This document shows positions 12,370 to 23,969 of a stretch of 64,000 nucleotides of DNA, one piece after another. This stretch comes from Lama guanicoe (taxonomy: Eukaryota), in NCBI GenBank assembly GCA_013239625.1, contig MU054049.1:2173892-2237891 (forward strand), in the 5' to 3' direction. The notes below the pieces were generated by a model, which saw only the letters and a program-made list of their open reading frames with translations, was not told the DNA's origin and did not search any database. The translations under genes and the position numbers were made by a program. Position 1 is the first letter of the stretch. Every line of letters begins with the position of its first letter.

Positions 12370-12616
12370 GCGGAGGGGTGTAAACAGGCGCCGCGGCGGC
12401 CGAGCTGCTGCCCTGCTGCGTCCGCGTCTCCGGCATGCTGCAGACGGGCGGAGGCGGCCCCGCCGCGAGCTCGGCGCCCACCTGAGACAACTCCGGCGGC
12501 CTCGGGTCCGGCGCAGCCCGTGCCGCGCGCGGCCGTCGCTGCCGGCCGCCGACGAGGCCGGCCGAGCCCCCGGCCCCGGCAGGGGGTGTGGCTGTTGGCT
12601 GTGCGGTCCGCGACAG
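12370..12616 (+). other. Probable non-coding first exon of an unidentified gene (start approximate)
   Basis: Lies just downstream of the promoter motifs and ends at donor CAG|GTGGGC inside the island; downstream L1s are mostly antisense to +. Confidence 0.6.
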
Positions 12617-12801
12617 GTGGGCTGGACGGGGGCGGCCGCCCAGGCCCGGGCTCCGCACCGCCCCGCCGCGGAGCCGGCGGAAAGGCGGCAGCGCCCCGGG
12701 GCCGTGGGCTCTTCCGCCCCGGTGCTCGAGGCTGCCCTTGGAGCTGGGCCGAGCGGGGGCCGCAGGCGCCGTCGGGCGCTGAGGGCCCCGGGCTGCCAGC
12801 G

Positions 12802-12937
12802 TGGAGTCCTAGTTGAAGTCCTGCCCACGACGGGCTGTGAGACCTTGGGCAAGTCAGCCCTCCCCTTGGCCCGAGTTTCCACAGCTGTAAAATGAAAGTC
12901 TGGACTAGGCGGTTTGTGAGGACCTTCCCCTTCTGAC
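12802..12937 (+). mobile_element. MIR (MIR3/MIRc-like) at the island shore
   Basis: MIR core 'ctgtgagaccttgggcaagtca ... agtttccacagctgtaaaatg'. Confidence 0.8.
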
Positions 12938-14196
12938 GTGTGTGATCGCGAGAGATCTGCATACACTGGAAGCTGCCAGAGGGAAGAAATCACAGGTAGA
13001 TATTTAGTCCTTTAATTGCTGACTTTCCGTGTGTCTTTGATTTTTCCATCTGACACGATTCAATTGTTCACTGGGGTGAAAGTTTTTTGTAGAAACTCAC
13101 TAGAGAAAGTCATGATGTTTTGTTACTAGTTTTTTTTTTTTGAGCTTTAAAAAATGCAACGGAGCCGTCATACTTAAAACCTTATTTGGAAGCCCAATTT
13201 GTCAAAAACAAAAACAAAAACCCAAAACCTTTCCCTGCCTCATGATCTTCCTCCCCCTCCCCCCACTGCCTCTAAGGGCCTCCAGAGATCGCAGGTTGAG
13301 AAGTGCTGTTAGACAGTGAATGTTTCGTGTATTTGTTAATTTGATAGGATCCGGAAGATGAATCCTTTGCATATGTGAAGTTTTCTATGATTTTTCCTTT
13401 GATTATGTCCGACTGTATATCGTGTAGAGAGAGAGTATATGCCATAGGGAAGTAGGCCCCCAAATTTCCTAGAAAGACCTTTATTTTTCCATCTTTTCTT
13501 GCATCCCAGTCCCGGGGAAGTAAATGTATTTGTAATAGTGAGACCTCGTGCCTCATTGCTGGTTTAGCTGTTCAGGCACAGAATTGGAGTGGAAGACTTT
13601 TTGCAAGACTTTTATTTGAGGCTAAGTGAATGCATTAGGACGTTTGCTCAGAAAACTAGGAAAGATGGGAGAGTGTATGATCTAAAATACTTACAGAACC
13701 ATGGAATAATATGAAAATAATGTGCAAATATTGAAACTGGAGCAGGAGAGTTTTGGATTGTGAGAGAACTAGGTTTGGGAGAAAAGGAGGTCCTGTTTTC
13801 TGTAATGAGTGAACATAAACAGAATTTGAAGTTGGTGGTGTACAGGCAAAAAGATTATCAGGAGGATTTTTTTCTTTTTTAGAGAAATGCATAGATTCCT
13901 AATTGTTGGTTTTGAAGACTAGAGTTAATAAGTTTACTAAAATTCACAGTTTGATATTAAAATAGGAAAGCCATACCCTTTGACAGCTTTATGTGCTTGG
14001 TTCTCTTGTGAGGTGAGTGAAAATCCGAGGTCTAATAGACTGAGTGGAACCCAGGGTGACTGTAGCAGAACGTTTTCTCTTTTCAAAGCAAACTCACTTC
14101 CTTGATCTTTGGTTTAGGTTCGGGCAAGTCACTTCCCTTCTTCAGATCTCAGTTTCTGCTACAGAGTGAGGACACTGGATTGATTTTGGCTTCCCT

Positions 14197-14507
14197 TGGG
14201 GTTGCCAGATAAAATACAGGACACTCAGTTAAATTTGAACTTTAGCAAACAGCGAAAAAGGTTTTAGTATAAATATTGTATAGGTCATGCTTTACTGCTT
14301 TATCTGAAATTTAAGTTTAACTGGGCCTACTTTTTAAAAAAAATTTAAGTTATTTTTTAGGGCGGGGTAATTAGGTTTACTTGTTTCTTAACAGAGGTAC
14401 TGGGGATTGAACCCAGGACCTCATGCATGCTAAGCAAGTACTCTACCACTGAGCTATACCCTTCTCCAGGCCTACTGTGTTTTTATTTGCTAAATCTGGC
14501 AACCCTA
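14197..14507. mobile_element. MER53-like hAT MITE interrupted by a SINE
   Basis: TIRs 'tggggttgccagat' and 'atctggcaacccta'; internal palindrome 'cagttaaatttgaa...tttaactg'. Confidence 0.85.
14332..14468 (-). mobile_element. tRNA-derived SINE (Vic-1-like)
   Basis: 'ggggattgaacccaggacctcatgcatgctaagc...actgagctataccc'; flanking repeat ggcctact at 14324-14331 and 14469-14476. Confidence 0.9.
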
Positions 14508-15164
14508 GCTCCAACATTTTTGTCTTTAAAATAGCTTCAGGAAGATATTACAGATGCATAGATGGGATGAATTGATTCACCCAGTCAAGACCCCTTGTTT
14601 GTTACCAGTAGCAGTGTCTAGTTCTTGAAGCATAGCCCTCATTTGTGGTCTCCCCCCTCCCCAGCCCACAAATAGCAGTTTCTTTTTTGCTATAATCATA
14701 CAATATTTAGGTTTATACTTTTGGTGGTTAACAGTTTAATAATTGAAAGAAAAAAATTGCCAAACTTTATAAAAGTAGCAAATTTGGGTCATGAAATGGC
14801 ATATACTATTTTTTTTCTATAAAAAATACTTTACAACCCTCCTTGTTCTTCAGTTATATGATTGACTTCAAGACATTTTCTAAAGGAGTGGACTGTTCTG
14901 ATGGTAAATAATCCTTCAGGAATTTCTTAGGCCTTTTCCTTTGGCCACCTGTGAATATAGAAATGACCAGTATATACAGTATAAACATTTGTCAATCCTG
15001 TCTTTGTTATATTTTGAAGATTTTCAATGTTGAAATTCTTTCTCAAGGAGGGTAATTTTTAATTCTTCATTTTTGAGGTTTTGTTTTCTTTTCTCTTTTT
15101 TTAAGTAGGCCCGATCTAGTTTTTTTTTTTTTTGCTCAGCTCACTCTGCAATTCCTGAACTTTC

Positions 15165-15490
15165 GAATTCATTTATTCATTTAACAAATCAGCAAAAAAC
15201 CTGAGTGCCTTCTGTGAGCTAGGCTGATGTGATCAGTATTCTAGTTCTTCAGGTGCTGCTTCTGATAGAGGAGTTAAGTCACATGCAATCCAGGGATAAT
15301 GTGATGAAGGCCTTGCAGTGATACAACTGCTGTGGAAATTAAGAAAAGGATCAGTGCCCTTCAGGTTGAGGCATGGAATAGCAGAACTTCCTGGAGGAGC
15401 TGGTGTTTAATCCAGGGCATGGTGGTTAAGGTGGGACCAGGAAGATAGGCTTGCAGAAAGGTGGGAAGAAGCAGGAAAGGGCAGGTGAGT
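15165..15490 (-). mobile_element. LINE-2 3' fragment
   Basis: 'attcatttattcatttaacaaa...ctgagtgcc', 'cttcctggaggag'. Confidence 0.65.
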
Positions 15491-16385
15491 CCATCTTCTC
15501 AGTTCCACAAAGCATACACTTTGTTGGATTGAAAATAATTGATAATATTGTTTACGTGCAATTTTTGATTCACTATGATACTCCTCAGTATCATATCAAA
15601 TTAAGTTTATTGCTGTGGAACTGCTTCACTGTATATCTATATTAGAAGGACCTTCAGGTGTCAGTATAGCTCTTGGAAAGATGTTTATGAAATACGTCAC
15701 ACATACAAAAATGTGTAATTTGCATATATAAAACTTGAAGATTGTGTGCCCCTGCCTGATTGTACTCCCTCTTCCTTCCCATCAAAAGTAACAACCATAC
15801 TGAATTCTGTGCCTACCATTTCTTTGCTTTTCTTGATAATTTTACTTTATATTTATACACCGTTCCAAAACATTGTTTAGTTTTGCATATTTTTAAACTT
15901 TAGGTAAATGGTATCATGCTATGTAGATTTTTTCTGTGACTTTTTTCCACTTATAATTAGGTTACGTGTTTCATTCATGTTGATTTTTTCCTAAGGTTCC
16001 ATCCATGTTGGTTTTTTCCAAGTGTAAGAGTTTCCATTTCCCTGAGGTTAACACCTAGGATTGGTTTCTCCTTGTCAGATGTGTGTATATGTAATTTTAC
16101 TAAATATTGCCAAATTACTTTCCCATGTTGTTGTGCTATTTTACTCTCCTACCAGCAGCGTATGGGTTTCTTTTGGTATCCTGTCTACATGCTCCCCAGT
16201 GTTTGGTATGAGCAAATCATTTATCTAATAAGTAGTAGTGGATTTCTTTTTAGGATGATGAAATATTCTAAAATTGATTGTGGTGATAGTTGCATAACTT
16301 TGTGAATATGCCAAAAGCCGTTGAATTGTACACCTAAAAAAAGCCATTGGTGGAAGGAAGGAAATGAAAAAACAAACAAACAAGA

Positions 16386-16679
16386 GGCCATGTTGTGAAC
16401 AGCCCTTTGGAGAAGCTCACGTGCTGAGGATCCAAGACTTGCTCACAGCCACATGAGTGAGCTTGGAAACAAATCCTGCTTCCCCATCCTGTACACAGAG
16501 CCAAGCCTTCAGGTGATCCTACAGCTTGATTGCAACCTTATGATAAATCATGAGCCAGAGGTACCTAGCTAAGCTGTGCCTAGATTCCTGACGCATAGTA
16601 ACTGTGAGGTTTAAAACACTGTTGTTATAGCTCACTGTGTTCTGGGGTAATTTGTTATGTACAATAAGTAGCTAATACA
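16386..16679 (+). mobile_element. MaLR LTR fragment (MLT1E/F-like)
   Basis: 'gccatgttgtgaacagccc ... ggggtaatttgttatgtacaataagtagctaataca' terminus. Confidence 0.75.
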
Positions 16680-17848
16680 TGGGCAATAACATTGCATTTT
16701 GTGTTGCCTTTAATGTTGGTAGTGTGAAAGCCACAATGGTTAAATTCATAAACTGTAATTGACTTTTTAAATCCTCTTGTAAATACAATTTATGACTACT
16801 AGGTAGTAATGCATTTCTTGAACTATCCTCTAAATTATTGGGGTGGGGGTTATGTTTAGAATAGTTTTAATTTGTCTTATTACAATATAAAAATGTGTAA
16901 TCTCTGTGTGATGCATTATGAATTATTATCAACAAGGACAGGCCATTTCCAGACCAGTAGAGCAGTACAGAACGTTTATCGTATTGTCATGATCTTTTGA
17001 TAACTTTTATATTTGAAACTTATGGATGATATTAATATATCTTAGGTAGATTTATTTTATTACTTATGGCTTTAGTAAAGGCACTCAAAAAATAATTATT
17101 GAGGCAAAACTGAAGTTTCCTAGAAGGCAGCCTCTTACTGGCATCGTATGAAGGGAAGTTTAAGAAGATTTTTGTTCTTTTCCTTTGAGTATTTCTGTAT
17201 TTCAATTGAAGAAAGGTTATATGACTGTATGATAAAGAACTCAAATTGAGTTTTAAAAGTTTATTTTGAGAAGTGAATACATTTCCAAAGTTTTTAAGGT
17301 TTTTCTCTGTCCTTTGTTTTTCTTACTTTTTAAAAAAATGTAAAAGATGTATATTTATTAACATACAAAGATATCTGAGATATTATGTGAGAAATGTAGA
17401 CTGTAGAAGTTTTCTCTTAAAAGTTTTATACTTTTAGGTCAAACATTTAGATCTGTGATCTATTTTTGAGGGTTGATGCCATGTGTGGTGCGAGGTATGG
17501 GTTTAGGTTCATTATTTTCCTTTATGGATAGGAAAGTTGTTTTGGTATTATTTGTTGAAAAGATTACCTTATTCTCATTGAATTCCTCTGTCCTTTGCCC
17601 ATTGAATTGCGATGGCATTTTTGTTGGAAATCACCTGGTGATGTATGTGTTGTCTGTATCTGGACTCTGTCTCCTTTTGATTTGTATGTCTGTCCTTATG
17701 TCAACACCATACTGTGTCCTGCTGTGGCTTTATGTATGGTTTGAAATTGGTTAGTATAAATTCTCCAACTTTGTTCTTTATTTTCAAAACTGTTTCAGAT
17801 GCTTTAGGGTTTTTTTTTTGTATTTTCATTAATATTTTAAAATCAGTT

Positions 17849-19617
17849 GTTCCTATACACTAATAATGAAATATCAGAAAAAGAAGTTAAGGAAGTAATC
17901 CCATTTACCATCACATCAAAGAAGAATGAAATACCTAGGAATAAATCTACCTAAGAAGGCAAAGGACCTATACTCTGAAAACTATAAGACACTAATGAAA
18001 GAAATTGAAGATGACACAAGCAGGTTGAAAGAGAGTCTGTGTTCTTGAATGGGGAGAATGATTACTGTTAAAATGGCCATACTACCCAAGGCAGTCTACA
18101 GACTGAGTGCAATCCCTATTAAATTACCAACGGAATTTTTCACAGAACTGGAACAGAAATTTTTTTAATTTGTATGGAAATACAAAAGACCCCAAATAGT
18201 CAAAACAATCTTGAGAAAGAAAAATGGAGCTGGAGGAATCAAGACTTCAAACTACACTACAAAGTTACAGTATGGTACTGTATGGTTCTGGCACAAAAAC
18301 AAACATATAGATCAATGAAACAGGTTAGAAAGTCCAGAAATAAACCCACACACTTATGGTCAATTAACCTATGACAAAGGAGGCAAGAATATATAATGGA
18401 GAAAAGAGAGTCTCTTCGATAAGTGGTGCTGGGAAACTGTACAGCTACATGTAAAAGACTGAAATTAGAATATTCTCTAACACCATATACAAAAATAAAC
18501 GCAAATTGGATTAAAGACCTAAATGTAAGATTGGCTATGTAAAACTCCTAGAGGAAAACGTAGGCAGAACGCTCTTTGACATAAATTGCAGCAATAGTTT
18601 TTTGGATCCATTTCCTAGAGTAGTGGAAATAAAAACAAAAATAAACAAATGGGACCTAATTAAGCAAAAGCTTTTGCACAGCAAAGGAAACCATAAACAA
18701 AATGAAAAGACAGCCTGCAGAATGGGAGACAATATCTGCAAACAATGTGACTGACAAGGGATTAATTTCCAAAATATACAAACATCTTGAACAGTGCAGT
18801 ATCAAAAAAACAAGCAACCCAATCAGAAAATGGGCGGAAGATCTAAATAGATGCTTCTTCAAAGAAGACATCCAGATGGCCAACAGGCACAAGAAAAGAT
18901 ACTCAACGTCACTAATTATTTGTGAAATCTGAATTAGAATTACAATGAAATGTCACCTCACACCAGTCAGAATGGACATCATCAAAAAGTCTACAAATAA
19001 TGTTGGAGAGGATGTGGAGGAAAGGAACCATCCTACATTGCTGGTGGGAATGTAGTTTGGTGCAGCCATTATGGAAAACAGTATGGAGATTCCTCAAGAA
19101 ACTAAAAATAGACTTTCCATATGTTCCAGCAGTCCCACTCCTGGGCACATATCCAGAAGGAACTTTAATTTGAAAAGATACGTGCACCTCAGTGTTCACA
19201 GCAGCAGTATTTACAATAGCCAAGACATGGAAGCAACCTGAATATCCATTGACAGATGACTGGATAAAGAAGTTGTGGTATATGTATTTACAATGGAATA
19301 CTACTCAGCCATAAAGTGGAATGAAATAATGTCATTTGCAGTAACATGGTTGGATCTAGAGATTATCATGCTAAATGAAGGAAGTCAGAGAAAGACAGAT
19401 ATCATATGATATCACTTACATATGAAGTCTAAAAAATAACACAAACTTATTTGCAAAATAGAGACTCACAGACATAGAAAACAAACTTATGGTTACAGGG
19501 TACAGGGAGGGGAGGGAGGGATAAATTGGGAGTTTGGGATTGGCAGATACAAACTACTATGCACAAAATAGGTAAACAGCAAGGTCCTACTGTATAGCAC
19601 AGGGAACTGTATTCAGT
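17849..19617 (+). mobile_element. Younger L1, decayed ORF2 C-terminal part plus 3' UTR, lacking its terminal tail
   Basis: ORF 18702-18932 ([27 protein letters not shown]...KWAEDLNR) is typical L1 ORF2p C-terminal sequence; frameshifted; G-rich 3' UTR at ~19497-19521. Confidence 0.92.
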
Positions 19618-19752
19618 GACTTCCGTTTTGTTTAATTTTTAAATTTCTTGCAACATGTTTTTTTAGTTTTTAGTGTACAGGTCTCATGTACTTTTTTCAC
19701 ATTTATATCAATATTTTGTGGGTTTTGATGTTTTAAGTGGAATAAAAGTAAT

Positions 19753-19834
19753 GTCTACAAGTATATGTATGTATGTGCATGACTGGAACAGTGTGCTGAA
19801 CACCACAAATTGACACATTGTAACTGACTACTTA
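19753..19834 (+). mobile_element. Very short L1 3'-terminal fragment
   Basis: 'gcatgactggaacagtgtgctgaacaccacaaattgacacattgtaactgacta'; flanked by aaaagtaat at 19744-19752 and 19835-19843. Confidence 0.7.
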
Positions 19835-20170
19835 AAAAGTAATTTCCACTTATTCATTGCTAATATGTAGTAATGCAGTTAGTTTTGTTTATTGCCTTTG
19901 CATCTTGTAGCATTTCTAAATTCACTTAATACTTTGAATAATCTTTTGGTTAGTTTTTTAGGATTTTCTACACATACAATAAATGAATAAAGACAATTTT
20001 AGCAATTCATTTCCAGTCAGTGTTCCTTGCCTTCCCTTCTTCCCTCCTTTTCTTTCTTTCCCTTTTTTCCTAATTGCACTGGTTAGGACCTCAAGTCCAA
20101 AATGATGATAGAAATGGTAGTCACACATTCATATTTTGTTCCCAGACTGAGGGGGAAAACATTGACTCCT

Positions 20171-21200
20171 ATACATGATACCAAATAAAATAAAATAAAA
20201 ATAAAAAATTTTAAATGTTAAATTAGACTTAATAAAAATTAAAAACTGATGTACTTTAAAAAACACCTAAGAAAAAGAAGACATACACTACAGATTGGGA
20301 GCAGACATTTGTAATTCATATATCTGACTAAGGACCTTTATCCAGTGTGTATAAAGGACCTCTGTACTCAGTGATAAGATGGCAGACAATCCCCAAATTA
20401 CAGAGTTGGTAAAATATTTGCATAGATACTTCACAACGGAAGATACTTGAATTTCTGATAGGTACATTAAAAATTCTCAATATATTTGAGTATCTCAGTA
20501 TGTGGAAATGCAAACCAAAATCATAAACAACTATTTGCCTACAAGAATGGTTAAAGTTGACAACACTGACAGTAAGTGTTGGTGAGTATATAGAGCAACT
20601 GGAACTTACATAAATTACTAGTAGGAATGCATAGCGATACAGACACTTTGGAAAACAGTTTGACAGTTTTACTTAAACATACACATAATGTACTTAAACA
20701 TACACATAATGTATGTTTACTTAAACATACGCATAATGTATGGCCCAGTAATTCTACTCCTGGTCATAAAATAAAAACTTATATAACAAATGACTTAACA
20801 TATCAGTGTTCAGAGATCCAAACTGCAAATAGCCCAGATGTCTATTGCGTATACAGTGGAGTGTTACGTGACAGTATAAAGGGAACTACTGATACTGTAA
20901 ACTCAGTGCTGAGCAAAAGCCTGACACAGAAGAATACATACTGTATAATTCCATTTACATTGATCTTAAGCCAGCAAAACTAATCTGAAATAAAGCAGAT
21001 TAGTGATTGCTTGTGGTCAGAAGTGAGGAAATTGGCTGTAGGGGTGCAGGTGGAAACTTCTTGTGGTGATGAAAATGTTCTGTCTGAATTTTGATTGGGT
21101 AGTTGTTATACTACATAGACTTTTGTCAAAACTTTTCCATTACACTTAACATGGGTACATTTTATGTAAATTGTAACTCAATACAGCTGATTTTTTAAAA
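20171..21200 (+). mobile_element. Old L1 (L1MC/L1ME-like) 3' part
   Basis: 'aattagacttaataaaaattaaaaact', 'gttggtgagtatatagagcaactggaact', 'gtgatgaaaatgttctg'. Confidence 0.8.
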
Positions 21201-23258
21201 CAGGAATCTAAACAGTGTTTACGAAATAAGCATTTATGTGTGTGTGTGTATGTAGTGATTTTATGTAAAATAGTTAAATGTATAAACACATGTATATGAA
21301 GTGTCCAGAAGGATGTTCAGCAAATTGTTAATGATTTTGTGTAGATAGTGGGATTTTAGGTGATTAAAAAATGATTGAAGTTTTATTTATTATTTGAATT
21401 ATTTTTTTCCAATGGACATGTCTTGACAAAAGGGGGGGAAGAAAGATTTTTTTGTCATGTAGATATTTTATTCCTAGATTTTTTCATATTCTAAATACTG
21501 AATAAACATTGCAATAATTATAAAATATGTTTAGAATTTAGATACTGTTACTCTGTAGTCACTGCCAGTTAAGAGCAAAACCTTGCATAACCTTTGATGC
21601 TCCTTGATGTCCCCTCTCTCATCCCATTCTCTTACCTCCCCACAAACATAACTGCTACCCTAAGATTTGTGTTTATTTCTTTTTTTTTAAGTTTTTTTTT
21701 TACCACATTTGCATCTCTAAGCTGTCTTGTTTCTATCCGTGTACTGTTGAATTTAATAACTAGAATTTTACTGAGTGTACGCTTTTGTCACTTGCTTTCT
21801 TAACCTACATATTATGAGTCTTGAGACTCAGCCATATTTTTATACACGACTCTAGTTCATTGATGTTGCATAGTTGTGTAATATGAATATTCAACCATTG
21901 TACCTTTGAACTCTTGATGAATAATTGTTTTTTTTTAATGAGCAGTGGTGATGTTATTATTTTGTCTGTGTTTCCTGGTGCACATAGGCAGGACTTTCTC
22001 TGGGTACGTGGTTACTCGTAAACATAGATGCTAGGTTGTAGGGTAATCCATTTCTTCAACTTTTCTAAAAGTATTTGTTTTTTATTGACCTGTAACAAAC
22101 TACCACAAACTTAGAGGCTTACAATAACTTACATTTTTCTTTCATAATTTTATAGGTTAGAGTTGAGGTAGGCTTGCCTGGATTATCTACTCTGGGTCTT
22201 ACAGGGCTGAAATCAAGTTGGGTACATTTATTCATAATTTATTCAGCTCCTCGCCTATTAGTAGATATATAGTATGCTTTGATTTTTCTCCCTTTTAACA
22301 ATGTTGCAGTGACCATTCTTATGTATATATCTTTGAACATTTGTGGGCATACTTGAAAAGAGTCCTAAGAGTGGAATTGTCTGGTCAAAGGGGATTTAAA
22401 TTGGATAGTGGCAATGGTCGTCCCAATTTTTATTTCAATCTGCATTTCCCCTGATAATGTTTACCGTTTGCCCATTTCCTTGCCTGTATTATCTATTACC
22501 AATCTTTTTTCTTTTTCCATATTTTAAAGTTAATGTTTAAATTTTTATCAGAATAATACTTGGGTACTGTTTGAAAGTAGTGAACATAAAGGCTTATAAT
22601 GAAAAATAGAGGCACCTTATGTTTTCTTGTCTCTTATTGTGGTTACCTCCATAGTTCTAAACTTAATGCTTAACTGTTATTGATTTATCGACCTTAAGTA
22701 TTATGTGTTGCCTCCCTGTTTTGAGGATTTAGGCATCTTGAATTCCTCACTTACCATTTCTCCACTCTAGCTATGGCTATAGCCCTATTTTAATTGAAAT
22801 CTATAGTCAGTGTTTAGTCAGTGACTATTTATTGTTCAACTCTAGAGTCAAGTTGTAGTCTGTGATAACGTTTGCTTTATGTATCTTTTAAAAGTTATAT
22901 TATCTCATTTTTTTTCACCTATATACCTTTTATATACAAATTCTTAATTTTTGCCAGATGTTCTATCATACTGTGTACAGTATCATATCTTCTGTCAGGC
23001 TGTACTTTAAAGGATGGTTTTCCTCCCAAAGCCTTTCATCATCCTCTTTAATGTGAGTCTGAATTCTCTAGATTTGTTGCTCAGTCAGTGTGGGGGACCT
23101 TTTCTCTGGGCTGTTGAGTTTCTTCAGAGAATCATTTGTTCTCCCACTGTGTATTAATCTTGGTGGTTTAAGACTAAACTTGGTAGTTTTGCTCCTCAAA
23201 GTGTATTCCATGGATCATCTGCATGGGTATCATCTGGGTGCTTGTTAGAAATGTTGAT

Positions 23259-23969
23259 TAGGCTTTGGCTTAAGGACATGTTGTGGCTGGTTTGATCTTC
23301 TATCCAGACCACTAGGACTTTCCCCATATCAGCAATAAGGATGTTTTGCTACCTTATCTTTCATGTGTTCTCTGGAGTAGCACTTTTCATTTCCTACAAG
23401 AGCTTTTCCTTTGCATTCATAACTTAGCTAACTGTTTGGTGCAAGAGGCCTAGCTTTCAGCCTGTCTTGGCTTTCAAGATGCCTTCCTCACTAAGCTTAA
23501 TCTTTTGTAGCTTTTCAGAGTCTTACTTTCACTAGAAATTTTTTTTCACTTGAGGGTTATTAATTTTCTTAATTTCAATATTGTTGTGTCTTAGGGAATA
23601 GGGTGGCCTGAGGAAAGGGAGAGGGATGGGAATTGGTGGTCAGTGAAGCAGTCAGAACACACACAACTTTTATTGATTAAGTTTGCCATCCCATATGGGC
23701 ATGGTTCACAGTGTCCTAAAACAATTAAAATAGTAACATCAAAGATCATACTGATTTCAGATAACCATAACAAATGTAAGAATAGTGCAAAAGTTTGAAA
23801 TATTGTAAGAATTGCCAAAATGTAACACAGAGACACAAAGTGAGCAAATGCTGTTGGAGAAATGGTACCAATAGACTTGCTCGACGCAGGGTGCAACACA
23901 CCTTCAATTTGTGAAAGATGCAGTTTCTCCAAAGTGCAATGAAGTGAAGAGCAAAATGAGGTGTGCCTG
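23259..23969 (-). mobile_element. Tigger1 DNA transposon, 5'-terminal fragment
   Basis: Ends 'gaggtgtgcctg|ta', the reverse complement of the Tigger1 TIR plus TA target; 'aggctttggcttaagg', 'gccttcctcactaagcttaatc'. A MER5-like fragment (~23185-23258) precedes it. Confidence 0.88.

Larger units (their letters stand above)
12050..12960. promoter_or_regulatory. CpG island / housekeeping-type promoter
   Basis: Abrupt GC- and CpG-rich segment in CpG-depleted DNA; GC box ctccgcccc 12305-12313; E-boxes 12326-12331 and 12342-12347; TGTAAACA 12379-12386; no obvious TATA. Confidence 0.95.
17405..20170 (-). mobile_element. Old L1 ORF2 segment (inverted 5' part), interrupted by younger L1 pieces
   Basis: Antisense ORF2 text at 17405-17848 resumes at ~19620-20170. 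Confidence 0.7.

Noticed and set aside
12370..12616. Assigning a gene symbol to the host gene
   Set aside because: No coding exon is in the window and I do not reliably recognise the 5' UTR; a BLAST of exon 1 is needed.
12017..12993. Overlapping ~300-aa ORFs on both strands in the CpG island
   Set aside because: Low-complexity Arg/Pro/Gly/Ala products open in several frames at once, as expected from stop-codon scarcity in GC-rich DNA; no recognisable domain.
13950..14018. Strong donor GAG|gtgagt at 14012/14013
   Set aside because: No convincing polypyrimidine acceptor upstream; isolated donor matches are common.
20670..20738. CRISPR-like array (also 48564-48695 and the 17-bp doublet at 1780-1813)
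   Set aside because: Eukaryotic context, two or three units, no regular unique spacers, no cas genes.
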